In this document: in pieces, positions 39,401 to 47,013 of the stretch
Layout: every line of letters begins with the position of its first letter
Position numbering within the stretch: the stretch's first letter is position 1
Assembly (NCBI GenBank): GCA_003576755.1
Contig: QEVT01000003.1
Location: 1 to 60,942 of the forward strand
DNA: 60,942 nucleotides
Origin: a bacterium
GTDB taxonomy: Bacteria > Chloroflexota > Anaerolineae > Epilineales > Epilineaceae
Direction: 5' to 3'
The notes under the pieces: generated by a model
The model's database searches: none
What the model was told of the DNA's origin: nothing
Seen by the model: only the letters and a program-made list of their open reading frames with translations
Position numbers and translations under genes: made by a program

Positions 39401-42244
39401 AACTGGCGCCAGGAGAACAACGACCGGATCGCGCTCGTCGCCGACAAGAAGCTGTACGCGGTCGGCGACGTCGCCAAGGTGCTGGTGCCCGCGCCGTTCG
39501 CCGGCGCGGAGGCGCTGGTCACCGTCGAGCGGGGCAAGCTCCGCGACGTGCGACGGGTGGCGCTGCCCGGCAACAGCGAGACCCTCGAGATCCCGATCCG
39601 CCCGGACTACACGCCCAACGTCTACGTGTCGGTGGTCCTGGTCAAGGGCGTCGGGCCCGACAGCCCGCTGCCGCAGCTCAAGGTCGGCTACACCAACCTG
39701 CAGGTGTCGACCGACACCAAGATCCTGGACATCGCCATCCGCCCCGACAGGGACGAGCCCTACCGCCCGCGCGACACCGTGCGGTACGCCGTCGACGTGA
39801 CCGACCACACCGGCAAGCCCGTGCGCGCCGAGCTGTCGGCGGCGCTGGTCGACAAGGCGATCCTGTCGCTGGCCCCGGACCCGTCGACATCGCTGGTGAA
39901 CGCCTTCTACGGCCAGCGGATGCTCGGGGTGGGCACCGGCGCGTCGCTGACGGAGTTCGCCGACCGGCTCAACCAGGAGCTGGCGGCCGAGAAGAAGGGC
40001 GGCGGGGGCGGCCCCGCCGATGCCGAGGGCACCGTGCGGCGGCTGTTCCGCGACACGGCGTTCTGGAGCCCGTCCGTGGTCACCGGGGCCGACGGCAAGG
40101 CCTCGCTCGAGGTCGAGCTGCCCGACAACCTGACGACGTGGAACCTCAACCTGCGCGGCGTCACCGGGGCCGACACGCTGGTGGGCACGGGGGTCAACGA
40201 GATCGTGAGCACCCGGCCCGTGCTCGTGCGGCCGGTCGTGCCGCGCTTCTTCGTCGTCGGCGACGCCGCGCAGATCGAGACCGTGGTCAACAACGCCAGC
40301 GGGGCGGCGGTCGACGTGGCGGTGTCGCTGGCTGCCACCGGCCTGGGCATCGCCGACCCCGCGCCGCAGGACCTCTCGATTCCGGACGGCGGCCGGGCCA
40401 AGGTCGTCTGGCAGGTCGAGGTGCCCGCCACGGGCCTCAACCCTCCCACCGTGCCGGATGCGTTCGGCTCGGTGACCGTGCAGATGGGCGCCACCGGCGG
40501 CGGCCACACCGACAGCGTCGAGCTGCAGATCCCGGTGTACCAGTTCAGCGAGCCACAGGTGGTGGCCACGGCGGGCGAGGTCGGCACGGGCGAGACGCGG
40601 GTGACCGAACGCATCCAGCTCCCCGAACGGGTCGACACGTCGCAGGGCGACCTGTCGGTGCGGCTCGCGCCGTCGCTGGCGGCGGCGAGCATCGCCACGA
40701 TCGAGTGGCTGGAGCCGCACCCCCAGGAGTGCCCGGGCGGCGCCGTCAGCCGCCTGGTGCCGAACGTGGCCACGCTTCTGGCGCTCCAGAAGCTCGACGT
40801 GGCCGGCGACCGGCGCGCGGCGCTGAAGGCAGCGCTCGACGCCGACGTGCCCGAAACGCTGCAGAAGCTCTACGCCTGGCAGAACAACGACGGCGGCTGG
40901 GCGTGGTGCGGGGCGGATCGGAGCAACGCGTGGATCACGGCCTACGCGCTCCTGGGCCTTCAGCTGGCGCGCGACGCGGGCTTCGAGCTGGGCGACGAGA
41001 CGCGCGCACGGGCGGCGGACTTCTTGCAGCAGGAGCTCAACCGCGCCGTCGACGTCGAGGAGGGCTGGGACCTCGACCAGCGGGCGTTCATCGTGTGGGT
41101 GCTGGCACGCCAGGACGACGTGCCGGCCAGCCGGGCCGTGACGCTGTACGAGCGCCGGGCCGGGCTGAAGCTCTATGCCCGGGCGTTCCTGGCGCTGGCG
41201 CTGGCCGAGATCGACGCGGCCGGCCAGAAGAGCCGGATCGACACGCTGCTGGCCGACCTCGGCGGCAAGGCCGTGGTCAGCGCCACGGGCACGGCCTGGG
41301 AGGAGGACGAGCCGAGCCACCGCGACATGAGCACCGACCTGCGCACCTCGGCCATCGTCGTCATGGCCCTGAGCCAGCTCGACCCCGGGAACCCCAACCT
41401 CGTCAACGGCGTCCGCTGGCTGATGGCGCAGCGCGTCGAGGACCACTGGGCCACGCGGCAAGAGGACGCCTGGGCCGTGCTGGCCCTGACGGCCTACATG
41501 CAGGCCACCGGCGAGCTCGAGGGTCGCTACGCGTACCACGTCGAGCTGAACGCCGCCGAGCTCGGCAAGGGCGAGGTCGACGCGCGCAACATCGACGTCC
41601 CGGTCACGCTGCGGGCGCCGGTGGCCGACATGAAGGTCGGCGGTGCCAACGACCTCGTCCTGCGCCGCGACGGCCCGGGCGTGCTGTACTACGCCACCCA
41701 CCTGCGGCTGTGGCAGCCGGTCGACGCGCTCGAGCCGGTGGCGCGCGGCATCGTCCTCGGTCGGCAGTACTTCGCGGTGGACCGCAAGACGTTCAAGGCG
41801 ACCGGGGATGCCGTGGACACGGCGAACATCGGCGACATCGTGCAGGTCAAGCTGACGCTGATCGCCGAGAGCCCGCTGCATTACGTCAAGGTCGAGGACC
41901 CGATCCCCGCCGGATTCGAGATCGTCGACACGTCGCTGCAGACGACGAGCGCGGCGGCCACCGGCCCTCGAATGGAGGAGGTGGCCGATGACGGGGCGGA
42001 TGCCGAGGACCGGCCGTGGTGGGCCCGCTGGTGGTGGTCGTACTGGGTGGACAGCCAGCTCCTCGACCACAAGGCGGTGCTCTTCGCGTCGCACCTCGAG
42101 CCCGGCACGTACGAGTACACCTACCTCCTGCGCGCCAGCACCGCGGGCAACTACCACGCCATCCCGGCCATGGCCGAGCAGGAGAGCTTCCCCGAGGTGT
42201 TCGGACGCAGCGCGGGAGGGGTCTTCACGATCGAAGGAGAGTGA
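36449..42244 (+). CDS. Bacterial alpha-2-macroglobulin family lipoprotein with N-terminal Ig-like repeats
   Basis: AGGAG SD; lipobox LAAC; TDRPIYR, AYRKPEF, VRRLFRDTAFW, LPDNLTTW, QNNDGGW, PEVFGRS. Confidence 0.92.
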   Translation: MNIQPSRTPGLPGRPFRGLALAAALAAILAPLAACGPKARVNESTLPVDADGVMIASRPDLPERGVGVASLAVFPQVDTPLAVTQTQPEDGADGVAGGKDEARIVVQFNHPVVPLVSVDDQAGLPAAATVTPAIAGKGEWLNTSTWILTPDGDLPPATRFTVSVDADLTDILGGKLAEPVRFSFVTAAPAVVRTYPEDGSVDAGATQPITVTFSQAMDRASAEGAFRVHPADRPGETVPGTFRWSGNDMGFLPGRALARGAAHVATVAAGARAATGEAGLAADHAWRFTTAPLPVLVRTTPADGTQKSPHLRHESLKLVFNTPMRTDGVTVTVQPTITNLSVYAYDGREASVNGGWLASTAYTVTVKAESESRFGDALGEDRVIRFTTAEIEPSLWLKSTGRFSVYDAARPPLAFVDAINVEAADVAVYNVDRAAFLRMTTTSDRWSAWDSYRPAEGNLVRRWTASTQAPLDTARRISVTLGAGAGGAIEPGLYYVRVTSDAAADRDNRMIFLATAVNLTIKHSWDEILVWATDLRTGKPVAGLPIDLYDQDTEPLASGRTDRDGVYRAGVSEKDGDAALVAVSESGGRIVAAASAEWTEGIDPWAFNLPYSGYRQPRYAALYTDRPIYRTGQTIYYRGVVRDDDDAVYALPNVDEVFVTVRDPNYEEVLKTTLRVGDFGTVAGEIPLAPGARLGAYTIDMAVRRDDDPEAYDSIASVSFTVAAYRKPEFQVTVSTDQPDYANGETVKVTADAAYFFGGPVAGAAVQWRLLTDDYFFNPPDVEGWWDWIDYDLTEQRYYDAQGEVVREGEGTLDADGKLTFEIPADLGEAPLSQVFTIDVEITDINHQAVAGRTSAVVHKGNVYVGLRPARYVSGRGEPAAFDVLAVDPDGRPVPGQAVDLAFQQRTWYSVKEKRENGEFYWTSAYTDTLVSEATVTTDDDGAATASFTPAEGGVHRLVAVARDAAGNEVRSATYAWITSGRFVNWRQENNDRIALVADKKLYAVGDVAKVLVPAPFAGAEALVTVERGKLRDVRRVALPGNSETLEIPIRPDYTPNVYVSVVLVKGVGPDSPLPQLKVGYTNLQVSTDTKILDIAIRPDRDEPYRPRDTVRYAVDVTDHTGKPVRAELSAALVDKAILSLAPDPSTSLVNAFYGQRMLGVGTGASLTEFADRLNQELAAEKKGGGGGPADAEGTVRRLFRDTAFWSPSVVTGADGKASLEVELPDNLTTWNLNLRGVTGADTLVGTGVNEIVSTRPVLVRPVVPRFFVVGDAAQIETVVNNASGAAVDVAVSLAATGLGIADPAPQDLSIPDGGRAKVVWQVEVPATGLNPPTVPDAFGSVTVQMGATGGGHTDSVELQIPVYQFSEPQVVATAGEVGTGETRVTERIQLPERVDTSQGDLSVRLAPSLAAASIATIEWLEPHPQECPGGAVSRLVPNVATLLALQKLDVAGDRRAALKAALDADVPETLQKLYAWQNNDGGWAWCGADRSNAWITAYALLGLQLARDAGFELGDETRARAADFLQQELNRAVDVEEGWDLDQRAFIVWVLARQDDVPASRAVTLYERRAGLKLYARAFLALALAEIDAAGQKSRIDTLLADLGGKAVVSATGTAWEEDEPSHRDMSTDLRTSAIVVMALSQLDPGNPNLVNGVRWLMAQRVEDHWATRQEDAWAVLALTAYMQATGELEGRYAYHVELNAAELGKGEVDARNIDVPVTLRAPVADMKVGGANDLVLRRDGPGVLYYATHLRLWQPVDALEPVARGIVLGRQYFAVDRKTFKATGDAVDTANIGDIVQVKLTLIAESPLHYVKVEDPIPAGFEIVDTSLQTTSAAATGPRMEEVADDGADAEDRPWWARWWWSYWVDSQLLDHKAVLFASHLEPGTYEYTYLLRASTAGNYHAIPAMAEQESFPEVFGRSAGGVFTIEGE

Positions 42245-42270
42245 GGCGCGGGTGACGCGATCATCGGCGT

Positions 42271-42301
42271 GGAGGTGAGGCCCGCACCGGACCTCACCTC
42301 C
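42271..42301. terminator. Hairpin between convergent genes
   Basis: GGAGGTGAGG / CCTCACCTCC stem. Confidence 0.5.
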
Positions 42302-42323
42302 CGCACATGCTCGACAAACCGTC

Positions 42324-42836
42324 TCAGAACGGGTAGCCGCGCAGCCCCTGCACGCCCTTGAGCGCCGAGATCTCGCCGGTGTGGGCGAAGGTGTTGCCCA
42401 GGAGCATCCCGGTCAGGACGTAGCCGAGCTTGACCGTCCCGATGCCCATTGCGCTGAGGTCGACGTCGCGGTCGAGGTCGTCCGGTCGCAGTCCGGACAG
42501 GAACGCCTCGGTGTTGGCGTACACCGCCTGGCCGTAGTCGGCGAGGTCGCCCGGCTGGCATCGGAAGGCCCGGGCCACCTCGGGATCCTGCCGCATCACC
42601 ATCGGGAGGCCCAGCCGCTCGCCCCAACCGTCGCGCACCCAGAGCGGCGGCTGGCCCTGCAGCATGTTGACGATCCCGTCTTCCGATTGCAGGATGTGCG
42701 CGGCCAGCTCGCCGATCGGGTGGGCGGTCCCTGGCGGAACGAAGTTGGCCTGGGCCTCGGTGAGGCCGTCGACCGTTCCCAGGTACCATCGGTGCGATGC
42801 GTCGAGGGCCGTCTTGAGCAGTGCGATCGAATCCAC
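42324..42836 (-). CDS. DinB/YfiT-superfamily protein
   Basis: AGGAG SD + GTG; 'PIGELAAHI..SED', 'HTGEISALKG..GLRGYPF'. Confidence 0.8.
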   Translation of the reverse strand: MDSIALLKTALDASHRWYLGTVDGLTEAQANFVPPGTAHPIGELAAHILQSEDGIVNMLQGQPPLWVRDGWGERLGLPMVMRQDPEVARAFRCQPGDLADYGQAVYANTEAFLSGLRPDDLDRDVDLSAMGIGTVKLGYVLTGMLLGNTFAHTGEISALKGVQGLRGYPF

Positions 42837-43007
42837 GGTTGACTCCTGTGTCGAAGGGGGGCCCGCCGTCGGGTCACGCCCGGTGAGCGGGTGAGCATAG
42901 CGAGCCGGTCGACAGGGGTCAACCGGCTCGCGGGCCGTCACACGACGCCAGCGGCGCATGCAAGCCCGCAGCGTCCGGATGCATCCAAGAGGGCGGAGGT
43001 CAGACGC

Positions 43008-46000
43008 ATGCACCAGGACTCGACCGGTCGAATCGACGGCAGCCTCGCGATCCGCCTTGGCCGCATGTGCCCGAGCGGGCCGCCGCGCCGCGGCTCTCGC
43101 TTCCCGTGGTTGGCGGCGCTGCTCATGGCGGTCGTTGCCTCGCCGTTCATCGCACCGGCAAGGCCGGGCCACGGCCAGCCGGGCACGGCACCATCGGCCG
43201 ACCGGCCGGCATCGACCGGCGCTGCGCGCGTCGCCTACCTGCCTCTGGCCTTCAACCACGGGTTGCTCGGCGTCGTCGGCCCGGTCCGGGCCAACCGTGC
43301 CCGCGGCCTGCACGACGCACCGTTCGACCTCGTCCTTTCGTCCAACACCGCCGGCGCCACGATTCGCTACACGCTCGACGGAAGCCTGCCAACCGAGGCC
43401 CACGGCCAACGCTACACCGGCCCGATCACGATCGACCGCACGACCACGCTCCGCGCCGCGGCGTTCGCCCCCGGCTACGCGCCCAGCCCGATCGAAACAC
43501 GCTCGTTTCTGTTCCCGACCGACGTCGCGGCGCAATCGAACGAGGTCGCGCTTTCGGCCGGGCTGCCGCTCACCTGGGGCATCGTCCCGGACGGCCGCTG
43601 GGCGGGACAGGCGGTGCCGTCGGACTACGGTGTGCGCGCGGAGATCATCGCGCGCCATGGCGACACGCTGGCCGCCGCCCTGCGGTCGCTGCCGAGCGTC
43701 AGCATCGCGATGGACCCTGACGACCTGTTCGACCCGGCGACCGGGATCTACAGCAACCCGACGCGGTTCGGCGACGCCTGGGAGCGGCCGGCGTCGATCG
43801 AGTGGCTCGGCGTCGACGGCGGGCCTGACCTGCAGATCGACGCCGGCGTGCGCATCGCGGGCGGCTACAGCCGGCGGCCGGAGGCGACGCCCAAACACTC
43901 GCTCTCGCTGCGCTTCCGGTCGCGGTATGGCGCCTCGCGCCTGCGATACCCCGTGTTCAAGGACTCGGCGGTGCAGTCGTTCGACACGCTGCGCCTGCGC
44001 GCGGGCCAGGCCGACCACTTCAACTTCGCGGCGCACAAGGCGCAGTACCTCCACGACCAGTGGGGACGCGACACCCAGGCCGACATGGGGTGGCCCACCG
44101 CCCACGGCGCGTTCGTCCACGTCTACCTGAACGGCCTGTACTGGGGCATCTACAACGTCGCCGAGGAACCGACGGCGGCGTTCGCCGCGAGCCATCTCGG
44201 CGGCGACGAGGACGACTGGGACGTCGTGCGCGACGGCGAGCTCGTCGACGGCCGGTGGTCGGTGGCGGTCGAGGACGGCGACGCGCGTGCGTTCGAGGCG
44301 ATGCTCGACGTGGCCCGGCAGGCGCCCGAGCCGGATCCGATGGACCGGGCCCGCTTCGAGCAGTTGGCCCGCTGGCTGGACCTCCCGCAGTTCATCGACT
44401 ACCACCTGATCCAGATCCATGCCGCCAACTGGGACTGGCCCAACAAGAACTGGCGCGCGGCCCGCAACCGCGATCTCGGCAACGGCTTCCAGTTCTTCGT
44501 CTGGGACATGGAGCACACGACGGCGCTGCGCGACGACCCCGACGACAAGCTGTGCGTCTCGGTGCGCGATCCACGCACCGGCGCCTGCGGCTTCAAGGCC
44601 GACACGCTCGGCGTGCAGGACCTGCACGGCTGGCTCATGCACTTCCCGGACTACCGCATCGCGTTCGCGGACCGTGTCCAGCGGCACTTCTTCGCCCCGA
44701 CCGTGGCCTCCGCCGACGCGCGCTACGCCGGCGCGCTGGCGCCCGCCGCGACCACCCGGCGCTACGCGCGCCTGGCCGACATGATCGAGCCCGCCATCGT
44801 CGCCGAGTCCGCCCGCTGGTCGACGGCCGACCCCACCGCCTTGCACGCCATCGACTTCCCGAAGGTGTGGGAGCGCTACCACGACCGCTGGCCCTACGGC
44901 CCGCAAACCCCCGACCACTGGCGGCTCGAGCGCGACCGCGTGCTCACGCGCCACTTCCCCGATCGCACCGCGGTGGTGCTCCAGCAGCTCTGCGACGAGG
45001 GCCTCTTCCCGCCGGTCGCGCCGCCGGCCCTCACCGTCGACGGCGACCCGCTCGAGCCGCAGCAGATGGCGCTGACGCCGAGCGCGGTCGGCTGCCGCGA
45101 GACCATCGTCGGCACCGCCGTGTACTACACGCTCGACGGCAGCGACCCCCGCACCCCTTGGTCGGGCGATCCCGCCGTGCCGTGGTCTGGCGAGCCCAGC
45201 CCGACCGCCGCTGCCTATCGGGGCACGGTCAAGCTCCCGGGCTACGCGCATGTGCGCGCCCGCGCCGCCGTGCACGTCGACGGCCGCTGGCGGTGGAGCG
45301 CGCAGGTCGAGGCACGGCTCGGGCATCCCCGGCTCGCGGTGTCCGAGATCATGTACCACCCTGAGGCCGGCGGCGTGGAGTTCATCGAATTGCACAACCG
45401 CGAGCCGGCCACCGTCGACATCTCGGGGCTGCGCGTCTCGGATGCGGTGCGCTTCACAGCGCCCGAGGGAGCGACGGTGGCGCCCGGCGGGCGGTTCGTG
45501 ATCACCGCCGACGCGACGGCATTCCGGGCACGTTACCCCGGGATCACGCCCGACGGCGTGTTCGACGGCAAGCTCGACAACGCTGGCGAGACCATCGTGG
45601 TCACCGACGCCGGCGGTCTCCGGCTCGCCGAGGTGACGTATCGCAGCGACGGCCTCTGGCCCCGCGCGCCGGACGGCTGGGGGTGGTCGCTGGTCCCCCG
45701 CGGCTACGACGTCGATCTGGACGACCCCGAGGCGTGGCGCGCCAGCGTCGGGCGCGGCGGCGCGCCGGGGGCGGCCGACCCCGACCCCATGGCACCCGAA
45801 GTCGTCGTCAACGAGGTCCTGGCGGACAGCACCGAGCCCCTCGAGGACGCCATCGAGCTGCACAACCTCGGCGTCCGACCGGCGGACATCGGCGGATGGT
45901 TCCTCAGCGACGACGCGTCGTCACCGCTGAAGTTTCGGATCCCCGCAGGGACGGTCGTGGCGCCGGGAGGCTACACGGTCTTCTACGAGGGCGAGTTCGG

Positions 46001-46802
46001 CACGGGGGCACGCCGGTTCGCGCTCAGCGCCGACGGCGAGTCGGTCGTGCTCACGGCTGTCGATGCCGGCGGCGCGCTCACGGGCGTCATGCGCGGGGTG
46101 GATTTCGGGGCCGCTGCCGAGGGGGTCTCGCTGGGTCGACAGCCCACGAGCGCCGGGGTGGACTTCGTGCGGCTGGCACGCCGCTCGTTCGGCGTCGACG
46201 CCCCCGCGACGGTGGCCGACTTCCGCCGCGGGACCGGGGCGCCGAACGCCCCGGCCCATGTCGGGCCGATCGTCATCAACGAGCTGATGGTGGATCCGGC
46301 CCCGAGCGACATGGAGTACGTCGAGCTGCACAACCGCACCGACGCCCCGGTGGACCTGTCCGACACCGACGGGTTCGGCCGATGGCGGCTGCAGGACGGG
46401 ATCACCCTCACGCTGCCGGCCGGCCTGGTCCTGCCGGCCGGCGGCTTTGCGCTCGTCGTCGGCGGCGATCCCGACCGGTTCCGGCAGCTCCATGCCGTGC
46501 CGCCTGACGTCGCCGTGCTCGGCCCCTTCGACGGCAAGCTGGGCAACGACGGCGACACGGTGGTGTTGGCGCGCGTGGCCGACGACGACACGTGGCGCGC
46601 CGAGGACCGCGTCCGCTACCGCACCCGGCTCCCATGGCCCGTGGCGCCTGCGCGGGCCGGCACGGCGCTCGAGAGGCTCGCCCCCGACGGCTACGGAAAC
46701 GAACCGCACAACTGGGCAGCCCGGCGTGTGGGCGGCACGCCCGGGAGACCCAACACCCGGCTCACGTGGGCCTTCCTGCCGTGGGTGCGTGCCGGGGAGT
46801 GA
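43008..46802 (+). CDS. Secreted CotH-family kinase with FN3-associated domains and three lamin-tail-like domains; LP tags at both ends
   Basis: IRYTLDGS.P; VYLNGLYWGIY; NWDWPNKNW; WDME; repeated 'V.E.M..P...E.IELHN...D.SG'; RVAYLPLAF and WAFLPWV. Confidence 0.85.
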   Translation: MHQDSTGRIDGSLAIRLGRMCPSGPPRRGSRFPWLAALLMAVVASPFIAPARPGHGQPGTAPSADRPASTGAARVAYLPLAFNHGLLGVVGPVRANRARGLHDAPFDLVLSSNTAGATIRYTLDGSLPTEAHGQRYTGPITIDRTTTLRAAAFAPGYAPSPIETRSFLFPTDVAAQSNEVALSAGLPLTWGIVPDGRWAGQAVPSDYGVRAEIIARHGDTLAAALRSLPSVSIAMDPDDLFDPATGIYSNPTRFGDAWERPASIEWLGVDGGPDLQIDAGVRIAGGYSRRPEATPKHSLSLRFRSRYGASRLRYPVFKDSAVQSFDTLRLRAGQADHFNFAAHKAQYLHDQWGRDTQADMGWPTAHGAFVHVYLNGLYWGIYNVAEEPTAAFAASHLGGDEDDWDVVRDGELVDGRWSVAVEDGDARAFEAMLDVARQAPEPDPMDRARFEQLARWLDLPQFIDYHLIQIHAANWDWPNKNWRAARNRDLGNGFQFFVWDMEHTTALRDDPDDKLCVSVRDPRTGACGFKADTLGVQDLHGWLMHFPDYRIAFADRVQRHFFAPTVASADARYAGALAPAATTRRYARLADMIEPAIVAESARWSTADPTALHAIDFPKVWERYHDRWPYGPQTPDHWRLERDRVLTRHFPDRTAVVLQQLCDEGLFPPVAPPALTVDGDPLEPQQMALTPSAVGCRETIVGTAVYYTLDGSDPRTPWSGDPAVPWSGEPSPTAAAYRGTVKLPGYAHVRARAAVHVDGRWRWSAQVEARLGHPRLAVSEIMYHPEAGGVEFIELHNREPATVDISGLRVSDAVRFTAPEGATVAPGGRFVITADATAFRARYPGITPDGVFDGKLDNAGETIVVTDAGGLRLAEVTYRSDGLWPRAPDGWGWSLVPRGYDVDLDDPEAWRASVGRGGAPGAADPDPMAPEVVVNEVLADSTEPLEDAIELHNLGVRPADIGGWFLSDDASSPLKFRIPAGTVVAPGGYTVFYEGEFGTGARRFALSADGESVVLTAVDAGGALTGVMRGVDFGAAAEGVSLGRQPTSAGVDFVRLARRSFGVDAPATVADFRRGTGAPNAPAHVGPIVINELMVDPAPSDMEYVELHNRTDAPVDLSDTDGFGRWRLQDGITLTLPAGLVLPAGGFALVVGGDPDRFRQLHAVPPDVAVLGPFDGKLGNDGDTVVLARVADDDTWRAEDRVRYRTRLPWPVAPARAGTALERLAPDGYGNEPHNWAARRVGGTPGRPNTRLTWAFLPWVRAGE

Positions 46803-46931
46803 ACCACGCGGCCGCACGGTGAGCTTCCCGGAGCGCATGCCGCTGCATCCTTCGTGGGCCTGACATCTCCCCACATTCCGACGTGCAGAGGCGTCAGCCA
46901 GCGACGGCCAGGCGTCATGCTGGCGGCATCC

Positions 46932-46996
46932 GTCAGTCAGGTGTCAGGCTGAAGTCAGATTCCCGTCGAGCATCGCCGGCCGAAGTCGGCTAGACT
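46932..46996 (+). promoter_or_regulatory. 11-bp-phased direct repeats (GTCAG x3 + GTCGA) upstream of a TAGACT -10 element
   Basis: GTCAG at 46932, 46943, 46954; GTCGA at 46965; TAGACT at 46991-46996. Confidence 0.55.
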
Positions 46997-47013
46997 GGTG
47001 CACGGATCCGACC

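Noticed and set aside
27349-46866. Shared 10-mer GGCCTGACAT in two intergenic regions (27349-27358 and 46857-46866)
   Set aside because: A single 10-bp match between two regions is not distinguishable from chance without a genome-wide count
46838-46870. Minus-strand ATGTCAGGCCCACGAAGGATGCAGC resembling the SRP RNA domain IV core
   Set aside because: Tetraloop stem and flanking helix do not pair as in SRP RNA; would need a cmscan hit to accept
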